Assembly (NCBI RefSeq): GCF_035594765.1
Contig: NC_085846.1
Span: 101,481,190 to 101,545,189, forward strand
From: Anolis carolinensis
Taxonomy: Eukaryota
DNA length: 64,000 nucleotides
Direction of reading: 5' to 3'
Of this stretch, positions 26,431 through 39,332 are shown piece after piece (the stretch's first letter is position 1; each line of letters begins with the position of its first letter). The position numbers were made by a program, and so were the translations under genes. The notes under the pieces were generated by a model. That model was given only the letters and a program-made list of their open reading frames with translations. It did not search any database and was not told the DNA's origin.

Positions 26431-26767
26431 TGACTTGACATCACCTCCAGAATCAGAGAGAGCATGCCGGTCTCCGTGTATTTCATTTGCTGGGAAATGA
26501 GAGCCGGAAGCTGCAAGCACAGTCATGGCACAAGGAGTGCATCTACACTATGCAATGCCGTTTGACACCTCTTTAAATACCATGGCTCAATGCTATGGAA
26601 TCATGAAAGTTGTAGTTGTATATCAGCATTCTCCACCATATCTTTCTCATGTGTAATTCTACAACTCCCATCATCAACTATTATGCTGGTGAGGACATAA
26701 CTGCATTTGAAATCAGGTCTGCAACCAACCATCATATGCCCTTTTTCGTAACAGATATCACCTAGAG

Positions 26768-26901
26768 CAGTGGTTCTCAACCTGGGGTCCCCAGATGTTT
26801 TTGGCCTCCAACTCCCAGAAATCCCAGCCAGTTTACCAGCTGTTAGGATTTCTGGAAATGGAAGGCCAAAAGCATCTGGGGACCCCAGTTGAGAACCACT
26901 G
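26768..26901. mobile_element. hAT MITE, family C1, intact
   Basis: TIRs cagtggttctcaac / gttgagaaccactg; perfect 8-bp TSD acctagag (26760-26767, 26902-26909). Confidence 0.97.
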
Positions 26902-27471
26902 ACCTAGAGATATGCACATACATTGATTCCCAGTGCTTGGATGTAACTAGTTAAAAATGAGTTACTTTTGAAAAATCCCTTTTTGTAGTATCTAAATCAT
27001 AGCTACCATAATTTATATTATTGGCTGCAACATATTGAAGAATGACCAATCTTTTGCAGTATATGTATAACTGAAAGAAGCCAGTAGAGCTTTAAAAGTG
27101 TGCATCAGTAGTTTTGTGCATTTTGCTTGGCAAATAGCGGCATCATTCTTGTATGGATTTTGTTTTTTAGTTTGGAGCCTTACTACTTAGGTTTGTTTTG
27201 AACAGCAAGTCAACAGCGTGTAGTTTTCTTCTCATGGTTTTTGTAAAATACCAGAAAAACCCAAATTGTACTGCAGCTGAACACCACCAGCAGGCGGAGC
27301 TCTTTTCATGCTGCTTCAGTAAGCATGGCTTTCATAGACTCCTTTCTGTGCCATTTGCATTAAAGGATAGCACCAGAGACAGTTTTATAATATTGCTTAG
27401 GACTGTCATTATGTCTCCATGTTGTATTACTCCAAGGTAGTTCCTGCACTGTATTTGGAAGTGAAGAAAAG

Positions 27472-27680
27472 ACACTATACCCCTGTATCCACAGGGCTGG
27501 TATGCACAGTTTAATTTACCTACATCTAAAAAAAAAATTGAAGTCTCTAGGCATTTCCTAGATCTTCCAGCATGATTTCATGGTATGTTTTGTTCAATAG
27601 AGTTCACTATTACTTGTGGTTTCACATATCCATGCAAAGTCCTGGGGTATATCCACCGTGGATACAGGGGTCATACTGTA
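27472..27680. mobile_element. Decayed Tc1/mariner-type MITE; relatives ~46027-46230, ~54585-54713, ~55633-55961
   Basis: Inverted 'acccctgtatccac' / 'gtggatacaggggt'; ends 'actgTA'; shared 'ctag.tcctccag' motifs. Confidence 0.7.
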
Positions 27681-28589
27681 AAAAGCTTCTGTAAAGGCTC
27701 CAAATTAAGAGTTCATAACACTGCTAAGATTAGAATATCAGGCTTTCCCATTCGTTGTCCATGCTTTTAATCAACCTAGTAGTAACCTCCTAGTGTTTGG
27801 GACTTTAACTCCCCTTAGCCCCAGCCAGCATGGGAAATGCCAGTCATGATGATCTTACAGTCCTAAAGACCTGGAGCACATCAGGTCGAGAAAAGTTCAT
27901 TTCTCATTTTACTTCTTTTGTAGCATTATTTGTTTATTTTTAAAATCTCTAAGAAAATGCCAGACAGTTCTGGAGACACTGACATGTTTTAAAATGAATA
28001 CTAGTTGTACCTTGCATTCCTGCATTTTTCCTTTCTGCCAAAATATGTGCCTGAATAAAACAAAGGGATCGTTGTTAGTAGTTGCAGAAGTCAACATACA
28101 CAACAGTTGGACATTCTCCAGAGCCAGAAAAAGTCAACATTATAGGGTTTGTAGTTCCAAAAAGCATTATCTTCCCCAGTCCCTGGCGCTGATCTTTTTT
28201 ACCTAGGCAAATACTATTATTAGATAAAGTGAAACAATTGCCTCAGGGGGAGATTTGTAGCATCAAGAAATGGCAGCAAACTTATTTAATTTCTTATTTT
28301 TGTATTTTTACTCCCTGGAAGGGAGCCCTATGGCATTTTCAAGGCAATGTCAAAATAACCTGTCCTTGGTTGCTATCCGTCCTGAATGATGGAGAAGTTC
28401 CATTGGTGATCTGCCTCTGGCAGCAAAGTGTCTTCAGTCATCCCTGTCTATAATGCTGCCTGGATCTTTTGCTTTCTTGATGCAATTGTTCGTTTTATGG
28501 AGGCAATAAGTCATTTTGTGCCAGCAGAAAGGGACTCACTGGCTGCCAATCCAGTCTTTTACATAGCAGACAATGTCCCAAAAGCCCAC

Positions 28590-29143
28590 CATCTAATGGT
28601 CCAACAGACGGCAGCCAGATTGCTCACCAGAGCGGTGTACAGGGAGCACACTACTCCCCTGTTACGTCAGCTCCATGGCTGCCAGTCTGCTACCGAGCAC
28701 AATTCAAAGTGCTGGCTTTATCCCATAAAGCCCTAAACGGTTCTGCATGATTGGTGAGGATGAGAGACAGGGCCTTCTCAGTGGTGGTCCTTCGTCTATG
28801 GATTTCCCTCCCCATTGAAATCAGGTGAGCTCCCTCCCTCATGTCTTTCAGGAAGAAAATTAAGATGTGGCTGTGGGACAAAGCATTCAACCAGTAAATA
28901 GTGAAGTTAGGATAACGGACAAATGGAATTGACTATTTGACAGGCCTTGGACTACAATCTGGATTATGTGATTTTAACTGATGTTTTTAATAATTAATGT
29001 TAATTGTATGGTTTTAATTGTATTTGTTTATTTTGTATTTATATGTATTGGCATCGAATTGCTGCCTGCAGTAAGGTCACCCTAAATCTCCTTCCAGGGT
29101 GAGAAGGATGGGATACAAATATGTGAAATAACTAAATAATAAA
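28590..29143 (+). mobile_element. L2 LINE 3' end with an internal deletion
   Basis: Encodes VQQTAARLLTRAVYREHTTPLLRQLH, YRAQFKVLALSHKALNG and DRAFSVVVLRLWISLP; AT-rich 3' UTR and tail. Confidence 0.92.
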
Positions 29144-29159
29144 TCTATTTGCTGTCTAA

Positions 29160-29379
29160 GGGGACAGCTACACTGTGGATTAATGCAGATTGATTCAACT
29201 TTAATTGCTGTGGCTCAATGCTATGGGATCCTGGGAGTTGTGATATTATAGGGTCTTAGCTTTCTCTGCCAAATAGTATTGATACATTACCAAACTACAA
29301 CTCCTGGGATTCCATAGCATCGAGTCATGACAGTTAAAGTGGTGTCAAACTGCATTGATTCTACAATGTAGATGTACCC
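29160..29379. mobile_element. Harbinger MITE, family H1
   Basis: TAA|gggg..ctacactgtggattaatgcag ... ctgcattgattctacaatgtagatgtaccc|TAT. Confidence 0.85.
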
Positions 29380-32020
29380 TATGTTGGAATGCATATATAA
29401 GTTCCACAGGCCGGTTCTTATTAATGGATGCATTTTGAAGATTAACTTTATGGCTTCTGTCAGGGTTGCTTTGTTCATTGGCCAACCTTGGTCTATAGCC
29501 TGGCAACTGAGAACATCTACTCTGGAGTGAGAGACACATCTCCCTTGGGATGTGAGACCTTGCTGCAATTTCCCAAATTCTAGTCTTCTGGGTGTTTTGG
29601 ACTCCAGCTCCCAACATCCCTGATCACTGGCCAGGGCAGCTGATCCTTCTGGGAGTTGAAGCCCAAAACACCTGGGAGACTAGAGTATGGGAATCATTGT
29701 TTTATATTGTATAGGTAAATGGACAGGTCAAAGATCAAGGCACAAGCCAATAGGCTTGCCAAGGTTTCATGTTACAGCGCCTGGGAACCAGTGAAGAATA
29801 TTTGTTATTAGTTACGATGATCAACACTGGGAGCTATATTCAGCCACGTTGGGGGTGGGAGATGGAGCAGAAGGGCGAGAATAGCAGGGCTCTGCTATAT
29901 TTCAAAGCCCATTAGCAAGCCAGGCAACCTGTTAGACTTGGGGGAAGGTACAGCAGCCAAGAATAGTCAGTTTTATTAGGCTGTGTTTTGCAGTTGTCAG
30001 GGCTGCCCAGAAATGTCTTGTCACTGGGATCAGAACAAGCAAATAGTGCTGCCCACCCCATAACCAGCAGAGCTGCTGAAAGGCAGAAGATCCCATGAAC
30101 AATTATCATTGTCCCTTAATTACAATAAGAATTAGTATAATGTTTACTAGTGTTGCCCTTTCCTGATAAATAAAATCTTCTGCCTAAGGTTATTCCCTCA
30201 CTCTACCCAATGGTGCGCTCATGTAAACTGGAGGCCTTTTGCATTGACCTAAACTGCATTAATTCTACAGTGCAGATGCATCCTTGGTGAGGTGAAATGG
30301 TTGCCTAGAAGAACTTTTTCCATGGTGTGGCCCCATTTTTATAATAGCAATGTTGTTGAAAGGCCAGGTTGAAACTTTCACATTTAACAAAGCCGTTGAA
30401 CTGTCTTTTTGCTGTTTCTATTCATCTTTGTTTTTAATCTGGTGCTTTATTGTCTGCTGTTGTTTTTTGGAATCCATGTAATGTGTTTTTCCCTTTTTAA
30501 TTAGTCTGTGGTAGCTTATTTTTGTGGCCATATGTCTCTTTGGGCCCATTTGCAGAAGAATGATTCATGAATGCTAGTAATTAATAAATTAATTAATATG
30601 GTTTGCCTCAAAACAACAGCTGTCACTGACTAAGGCATAAAATGAAAATGCCAGAAGGATAAATATGCTGATAGGAACACAAACCAGTCCTGCTGTAACT
30701 GCTAGAGTAACTGCTAGAGCAGTTAAGTTCAAAAAGACTTATTCTGATCCATCTTACATCATAAAGCCCAGTTACACAAGCAGCCCAGCTTACAACAATA
30801 TATCTATGTCTATAACTATGTCTATATCTGAGACCACAGATCCAGCTCATGGCATTTTGCTGCCTGAGTCAAAGGAGAAGATGACACACTCCTCCATTAT
30901 GGACATTATCACACAATATGTGTGTTGTATGATTGCACTGGCTAAGTTTCATGTCTGATCTTTCCTTATCACACTCTCTTATTGTTACATTGCATTTTTA
31001 TTGTTAATTGGATCGTATCTGTTTATTGATGGCTTCTATATTGCTGCTGTTCAACTATTGTTTCGGGTGCTACCTTTTCATTCAGCTGCAGTTCCAATAT
31101 CCCGACAGCCATGGGGTCCAAATAGCTGTGGTTTTCCTCTTCTCCTCTTTTCGCTCCTTTTCTGGTGTCCAGACAAAGGAGACATAATGGTGTACAGGAA
31201 CAATGTTGCTCTTACTCCATTTGCTGATAGAAACATGTGTAAAAAGAGGGGGACAAGTGAAGCAATACAGAAGATTGATTGATGACATCACCATCACCAA
31301 AGCTGCACCTTAATCATACTGAAGGTATGATGTGAAAGTGATTGTTTCCATACTGGTATGTTTCCATTTGCTTAAGCAACACGGTTGTTCCAAGGCAACA
31401 GACTTTTGTGATAAAGCCCTACATTCATACCTGGACTAGAAGATGTATTTTAGGTCCTCCATCACACTGGAGAGCTGCAGGATTCACAAAGGGATTCAAG
31501 AGACAGGCTGTGTGGACACACCCATAGCTCTCTCCTCCAAAAGAGAGAAATGGCCTATTAGCATAGGAAAAACATCTGGGAGGCTGCCAGTTATGCTTCC
31601 CAGAATTTGCTGTCTGAAGCAGAAGCCCCTTCTGTCTGTTGTTAGCAGGCATGGGCCAACTTTGGCCCTCCAGGAGTCTTGGACTTCAACTCCCACAATT
31701 TCTTACAGCTGGCAAACTGGCTGGGATTTCTGGGAGTTGAAGTCCAAAACATCTGGAGGATAGAAGTTTACCAATGTCTGTGTTAGACTGGCTTCTGTGA
31801 TGCAACAAAATGCAAATGAAGTAAAACTGGGATGTCTGATATTTGACTTTTGCCTCATTCAAGTGCCTCTATCTCACTTTCAACCAACCTCAGTCTCCCC
31901 ATCTGCGATGCAGATAATAATAATAATAATAATACTCTGCAGCGTGGTTATAAGATTTACAGTTAGGGAAGGCATGGGGCATGCTTTGAAAACTTGGAAG
32001 CACTATACCGGACAGACTAA

Positions 32021-32168
32021 GGTCGTTTCTACGCTGCCATATAAAATCCAGATTATCTGCTTTGAACTAGATTATATGGTAGTGTAGAGTAAATTAATCC
32101 AATTCAAATCAGATAATGTGGATTTTCTGCTTTGATAATCTGAATTATCTGGCAGTGTAGAAGGGGCC
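32021..32168. mobile_element. Harbinger-type MITE (family H3)
   Basis: TAA|ggtcgtttctacgctgcca ... tggcagtgtagaaggggcc|TGA; internal cagattat/ataatctg repeats. Confidence 0.8.
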
Positions 32169-33204
32169 TGAGTCTCCAACCTTCAGGTTAGATGTGGCTC
32201 ATGGATGCTCCCTAACTGGTTTACCACCTTCCTCTGTTGTGATGGCCTTTCTATGATTGGAGATTTTGTAAAGGAGTATTTAAATGCCCAGAAGCCAATA
32301 TGTGGAATTGCAATCCATTTTGCAGCTTGGTGAACTGCAGCAATTGAACTAAGTTCTGATATGCAATACGGGATGTGGTTGTCCTGGAGGTTCTTAGTGA
32401 GTAGACATGTGTAAAATAGAGTCATGCTTTGCTTGGTGGGAAATTGTCCCAGTTGGTAAGAACTCTATCTGGCCCTGCCAACTTTGTTTCTGCCCTCTGT
32501 TCTGTGCCCTTAGCCCCACCTGGCTCTCTATGACACTTTCCAAATTGAAATTCAGTCGACAGACTGGAAAGGAGTGCCCATTGGTAATCATTGCAGCATT
32601 AACAATATTCAAATAACCTTGGATCGAAGAGCAATATGTGCCATTCTTGGAAATCTTGTGGTCACCATGCAGGTTTCCAGTGAAAAGCACAAAAAACATT
32701 CTTCTATTGAGATCACTGGGATCTTAAAATGTTTACTCTGGCTGGATGGTGTCCTGCATCTTTGGGTACTGGTTTGGAAATAAGCTTTCCAACATGAATG
32801 CTTTTCTTTCTAGTTTGGCTTCAGCGATGATTGCTAGAGGGAAGTCAGTATACTCGTGTGTGCCAGTGCAAGAGGGATTTTGTTCTCAAGGCCACTTTGG
32901 ATGTTGTTCAGCATATCGCAAGGGATTTCAGCAGTGGGCCGGAAAAGCAAAGCAACCAAAAATGAACATACTTGACTGAAAAGATAGTACTGCTTGTGCA
33001 ATTAACCGCTATATAAAATGTTGTGTTTGGTAACTTGCAATAGGCACACCCAAAGCAATTAGCTGGTGAGCAGAGTGGCATTGTGCTTGACCTGCATTTG
33101 TGCCAGGCAGGATGTCTGATGGCTGGAGTGCTTATGAACAGATTTCTGAGACTTGCCAAAATGCCAGATTATCTTGCTGAATAGCTGCAGGCTCAATGAG
33201 CTTG

Positions 33205-33637
33205 CACTTCATACTAGACCAAAAAAATAGAAGTGAACAAGAGTTAGCCTTTTGAGTATTTGTAGAGGTGTGCCACATAATGAGTCTAGCCACCACTTCA
33301 CACGGGCATCTTTGCTCTGTTTTTCCGCTTTGTTGCACGGCAAAAACAACCTGCCATGCGCCATCACACGATGCACGGCAGGCCCCACCCGCATTCCTCC
33401 CAAAGTGGTGTGGAAATGCCAAAAGGTGCTTCCTCCACCATTATGATGAGGGAAAGAGCATTGCCGTGTGCTGCTGCCCTTCCTCCCATCTGATGGGGAC
33501 AGGGACAGGGTGCTGATGCTCCTTATGCTGTCCTCACCATGTGACAGCGAGGGGGGAGGGCACATGGGCCGCCACAAGCCACCCCACAGGCCTTCCCTTT
33601 CGCTGGCAAGGCCCAAAAGGGTCATGTGAAGAGGTCC
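33205..33637. mobile_element. Decayed GC-richer MITE, probably Harbinger; similar ends at ~24996 and ~63945-63962
   Basis: Ends 'catgtgaagaggtcc|tag'; compare 'tta|ggacctcatcccatg' and 'cacatgatgaggtc'. Confidence 0.45.
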
Positions 33638-34137
33638 TAGGTCAAAAGTGGAGAAACTACAGCCATCTAGATTTTCATGGAATGTAACTTCAAGCATTAT
33701 TTGGCATTGACAACACTGAATAGGCCTGTTAGGAGCTACAATGCAACAGTCTCCGGACCGCATAATACCACTTTTCATCTAGGTCAGTATTTCTAAAACT
33801 TTAGCCCTTCTGATGGCCTTAAATTCCCAGGAAACTGATATAGCTTGAGCAATGGTCAGGATTTCAAGGAGATGAAGTACACTACATTGGAGGACCTAAG
33901 AGTAAGAATTACTGGTCTAGGCAGATTCATAGATATGATTGAATGGGAAAGGGTTGTGTTAATGGCACTTGCCACCCTTCTAAGCAGAATTTAGCAGTAG
34001 CTAATTACAAAGAAAAAAGAGCTGGGAAAGAAATGTAGAACCTTTAAGACTATGGACTTTATCACATGAAGTTAATAAAATGCAATTACAGCAGGTTAAA
34101 AGTTTCTTTGACATCATGTCTCCCCTGTAGTTGCATT

Positions 34138-34412
34138 CAGGCCTGTAGCGAGGGGGGGGGGGTTTATGGGTTCAAACCCCCCCGCAATTTTTTTCAGGTT
34201 AAAAAAAACCCCTGGTTTACTCATGAATTTTAACTGGTTGACCAAATCCCCATGCTAAGTCTATGAGACGTAAAACATTAAGAGTCCCTCCAGGCACTAT
34301 CTCAAGCAGATATTGACAGGTCTGGACCCAGGGGGCGGTTGGGTCAGGGGTTCAACCCCCCCCCCCCAATTTTCAAAACCCCTCCCGAAATTTTTTTCTG
34401 GCTATGGCCCTG
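34138..34412. mobile_element. 275-bp hAT non-autonomous element with CAGG-type termini
   Basis: caggcctgtagc ... gctatggccctg; perfect 8-bp TSD gttgcatt (34130-34137, 34413-34420). Confidence 0.93.
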
Positions 34413-36751
34413 GTTGCATTGCACATCAATCGTGCTTGAATGGCCTCTTTTTATTGGTGGGAGAGATCTGTCGATGAATCCAATATCATTGTCATCCCAC
34501 CATTATTATTTTTTGCATTGATTTCCTTTTGCTACACTCCGGATATTGCAAAGAATAAAACATGCATACGTGTTTTAGTTGGAAATTTATCCTTTGTATC
34601 TATTGTGTATGGTGGCAGGATGATAGGCTATAGCAGAGGTACACAGGCTAGGAAAAGTTGAGATTTGGGAAAGAGGACTATAATTTTTGGCATGCCATCT
34701 TTGCAGTTCTAAAGACTATGGTTTTTTTTAAAAAAAAAATAACTTTCCAAAGTTCAGCCTAAGTATGACTGTGCCACTGACAGGCCCACCAACCTCATGG
34801 TTGCTCTCCCAATGTGCCACATCTTTTGCTACCTGTGCCCCTGGCATCATTGTGCTAGATCCTTGCCACCATTGAGCACCCCATCTTCAAGGTTTCCTCC
34901 ATCAGTAACCCCTGAATCTAAGAGTCCTGAAAACAGCCTTCCATGGCAGTTGAATCCCTCAGGACTCCCTGACCATGCCAAAGTTCGCTCTGCTTGTTGT
35001 CAGGAAGATGAAACTCCAGCCAGCTGTGGAGGAAATCAGAGTTTACATTCTTTAGGATGTCAGTTAACACCAATGTGCACATTTCCTGCCAAACTCCCCC
35101 TGAAGATTAGAAAAGCTTCAGCAAAAGGCTGAGCAGATTTCATTTAGCACTATTTAATTTGGGGAAGGTTTTTTCTCTGTTTCTCTCCACCGCTATGGAA
35201 AAGAAATGCAGACTGGTGAGAGAAGGAATAATTGAAACAGTGTGTTATTATAAAACTCCCCAAATGCCCCTGCTAAGGATCTAAATAGCGCCAGAAAGAA
35301 GATTCCTCCCTGCCCCTACCCACAACTCACACTTACAATTGTGACAGTGTCATGCTGGCATTTTACTACAGTGTACCTTTTTCTTGTGAATATGAACAAA
35401 AGCAGTGTGTTTCTGAACCTCTCCTGTGTGCATTTGACCATCTTGTTTGAAAACTGATATTTCTTTAAAGTCTACCTTAAATGACAAGAATAACACACAC
35501 ATGCAAACATGCCCATCCATCATTTCTTAGAAGAGGCAAAGAATGGGGGTTCCCTTTCCCCTTGTGCCCAGCCCAGGGGTTAGCTTGACATCTGGCTAAG
35601 ACAGGGAAATAGACCACATGCTTTATTATAACTCTTTGGTCCATCAACGGAGTTATTCAATGTGGAGTTATTCAATCAAGCTGTGGGCAGGAATGGGTTG
35701 CAGAGGACCTTTGAGCTTCAGAAACATCTTTTGCCCTGCCTGACAGCTGGAATTTGAACTGTTTTCCCAGCTGCTTTGAGGACTGCTGCTATCTCCAGCA
35801 CCAGCTGTTCAGAAATCTTCATTCATGCCACAAAAAAGGCTGGGATTTGGTGGTATAATAGAACCTGTGCCTTCATTTATCTGAATTGGTTTGTGGTGAT
35901 CCCAAGGAGAGATGGAAGCCCAGTTTAAAATTCATACTTGCTGTGGCTCTGACATACATGAGATGTGGGTGAAAAAGAATCCAGTCACCCAGGAGATTCC
36001 AGTATTCCAAATAAGGATCACAGTGGTTTTGCTGAACCACATCAAAACTATATCTTCTAGATTCTAAACTCTTAAAGAGAAACTTGGGGTTTTAAAGAAA
36101 GCTGGCATTGCTATGGAACTTAGAAGTCCAGTTGAGCTGACGGACATATTTCACCCAACCAGCAGGGTAAAGCAGCCACCTCAAGCAGCCAATTATGGCC
36201 TAAATCCTAATCCTACTCTTTCTATAGATAGAGATATATAATTTGTCCCAACCGGAGTCTACTCACTGAATCAATGAAACTTGCCTATGTGTTACCTTTC
36301 CATCCAATAGTTTATTCAATGACTCTATAGCTGATACATGAAAGAGCACCAAGTGCTTAGTTATTTTATTGGTGATATACTTTTGCTGATCAGAATAGGA
36401 AGAGATCCTGGTTGGTTTTTACTGCCCTATATGCCAATATAACTTGGCTGACTTTGGGTGATGTCCACCTTGACTTCAGAATGGTGGGGAGCAAAATCTG
36501 CTGTTCTCCCTCAGGCAACAAAATATCTTAGGCCGACACCAACAGCTCTCAGATGGCTTTAAGACATGGCTTTCAAGCCTTATCTGCATTAGCCATGCTA
36601 CCACTGAGTTATGGTCACAATATCACAACACCACACTGTCTATTCTTTCTTCCCTTTTTTTGTCCCAGGTTTTACATACCACAGTTTCACTGGCAATCAA
36701 ACAGATGCTACAGTTGGTGGCATTACTTTAGCCTGAAAGCTATAGTGCTGA

Positions 36752-37053
36752 TTGAGACTAAGTTTGAGCCAAAGTTTGACAAATTATCAGCATATGCAAT
36801 AGCAAAATCACATTAATTGTTCAAAAGCATGTCAAATGCAAACTTTTACCTTCAATAAAAAGTTGTTTGTATCATTAAAAGATCTGTTACTGCGATTTTC
36901 TTTTAAGACAAAAGATGTTAGTGTAGGAGGGTCTTTTTTCTAAACTAAAACCTTAGTATTGAGGTTAAATTGCTGTATTGGCACTTTGCGATAAATAAGT
37001 GGGTTTTAGGTTGCAGTTTGGGCACTCAGTCTGTAAAAAGTTCGCCATTGCTG
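36752..37053 (+). mobile_element. 3' end of a hAT transposon: transposase C-terminus, 3' UTR and right TIR
   Basis: TKFEPKFDKLSA..KSH* at 36816, then aataaa; terminus 'aagttcgccattgctg' (about the reverse complement of CAGTGATGGCGAACCT) followed by gtctaggc. Confidence 0.7.
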
Positions 37054-37304
37054 GTCTAGGCTGTTCCAAAGGTTGAAGCTTGCCTTACAGCTTCATAAAT
37101 CCCAATTGTCAAAACCCAGCCATTTGTTAGGCTCCTTGAGAGATCAAAAGGAAAATGAGATTTTACAGAGCTCAAATTCCTTGAATTTTTGGAAGTTTTT
37201 TTGATTAATCATGAGTTGCTCTGGCAGCCTTCTCAAATGTTCTCCAGCCCTCATTTAATCACTTCTGAGCAAAAATGCTGACTAGACCTGATGGCAGCTG
37301 TCGC

Positions 37305-37495
37305 ACATGATCCTGATGGTAAGAGCTGTTCAGTGGTGGAATATCCTGCTTTGGAGTGTGATAGAGGCGACTTCTCTGGAGGTTTTAAACAGCGGCTGCA
37401 TGATCATTTGTCAGGAGTGTTTTGAATGTGCATTCTTGCATCACAGAGGATTGGACTGGATGGCTCTTCTGGTCTCTTCAAATTTTATGATACCA
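37305..37495 (+). mobile_element. CR1 3' end; a more decayed copy at ~50765-50955
   Basis: LMVRAVQWWNILLWSVIEATSLEV followed by a UTR matching the reverse complement of ~5630-5730. Confidence 0.85.
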
Positions 37496-37557
37496 TAGAA
37501 ATCAATGCAGAAGAATGGGGCTATACTTGTCTAGGTTGAGTGGGCCCTGTAATCTAA

Positions 37558-37768
37558 GGATGAATCTATGCCATAGAATTAATGCTGTTTGACACCATCT
37601 TTATTGCCATGCTCAGTTCTATGCAATCTTCACAGGTGTAGTTTGGTGAGAGAAACACCAGTACTTTCACACAGAAGGTTAAAGAATTTGCAAAACTACA
37701 TCTCCCATGATTCCATAGTATTGGGTCACTGTGTCAAACAGCATTAATTCTACAATGTAGATGCACCC
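37558..37768. mobile_element. Harbinger MITE, family H1
   Basis: TAA|ggatgaatcta ... tacaatgtagatgcaccc|TTA. Confidence 0.85.
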
Positions 37769-38824
37769 TTAGTGATACATTCATTTACCAGTTAAATCTT
37801 AACTTCATATTATATTCCTTGCCAATTAAACTGTAAATATCACTTTGCATTCCTATATTTGTATCCACTCATACTTTAAATTCTACTTCTTAGTCCTAAA
37901 CAAGTACTGAATTTATATTACACATCACACTTTGCTCATAAACTTACTATTTTAACTCCCTGTCAGGCTAGCTAGAGTACTTTAAAATCTTTTCATGACC
38001 GTTTATGCTGTTCTAATTCATGTGAAGTCATGGATTCAACATATCCTATGGCCTGTGTCATATTTAAAACAAGTTCCTGAAATTTAGGCCTCATGGGTAT
38101 CATTACATTTGCTCAGGCAGAGGCTAAGGGGGATGATTGACAGTGGCCTTGAATCAGGTTTGGATTGGCTTCATACAAATGTGTACATTAGGGAGATCAC
38201 AATCATAACCAAAAAATGTTTCACTGGCAAATATGTTTCTCATAGGGAATTCCTGTTATTGGATGGAAAGACGGTCTTACAGTTTAAGCCGATCACTGCC
38301 GATGAGCTAAAAAGTTCCATTTGCTTTGCTTGTTGTCATCCATGTTACCTTGAAATATTTTTGGTTCCCCTGGACACAGCATGACTCCTTGCTACACATA
38401 TGGCAATTGTGAAATATCTATTTAAACAAAATTACCATTTATTTGAGATGTTCTGTTTGTGTCTACTCAAAAGACAGCAAAGTTCAGTTCAATGGGGTTA
38501 CTTCCAACTTTTGTACAAAAATAGTTGCTTTCTTCTATAACAGCTCTCTGGATCCCTCAGTGACCACAATGACTGAGAGATTAGTCACTAATTACTCCAA
38601 AAAATTTTTTTTCTCAAATCTGTTTCCAGCTATGAGTTATGTTGTTTTTTTTTATTCACCAGCAAGAAAGCTACTAGGGACCTTTCCTTAATATTTTTAT
38701 TCAATGAAATGGTTTAATTGCTGCACATTAAGGTTTCAAATCTTGAGTTAAGTCTTGATGGTCTGCAGCAACAAAATATATTTCAAGACGAATTGTGGTT
38801 TCAAAAGTTAAGAACTGGCACCAC

Positions 38825-39332
38825 TAGGCTTGTGCATTTTGGCTGAATCTTGATCCATTTCTGCTATCTGAATTTGGGGGGGGGGGGAGCAGTTTGCGTT
38901 TTTGTGTGCCTCCCAAAAATGGGTGGCCAGCTGAATAGCTGTTTTTGGTCCACAGCCAAAAAATGCAGCTAGATCCAGCCCATTGGTGGCAATGGGAGGG
39001 GCTTCACGGGCTCACCTTCCCATCATTTTCAGGGCTATTGGGATGAAAATAGCGACACTTGGAGAACACATCTACCACTGCTGGCCCATCAAGTTCTTCT
39101 ATTCCAATTGGCCCAACAAGCAAGGCTCACAGGGAAACCCTGTACGAGCATGTAGCAACCTCTCTATGCATAGCATGCTCCCAAATAGAAGGGAAGTAGC
39201 CACGCCCGGCAACCACGTGGTCCATTTTGGACAAAAAACATGGCAGCTGTGCTTTTACCATTACAGCCATCCAGCTGAAGAAGCTGAAGAAGCCGAAAGC
39301 AAATGGCCAAAATGAATCTATGCACAAGTCTA
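38825..39332. mobile_element. 508-bp non-autonomous DNA transposon, superfamily uncertain
   Basis: TIRs taggcttgtgcat / atgcacaagtcta (12/13); flanked by ccac on both sides (4 bp). Confidence 0.75.
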
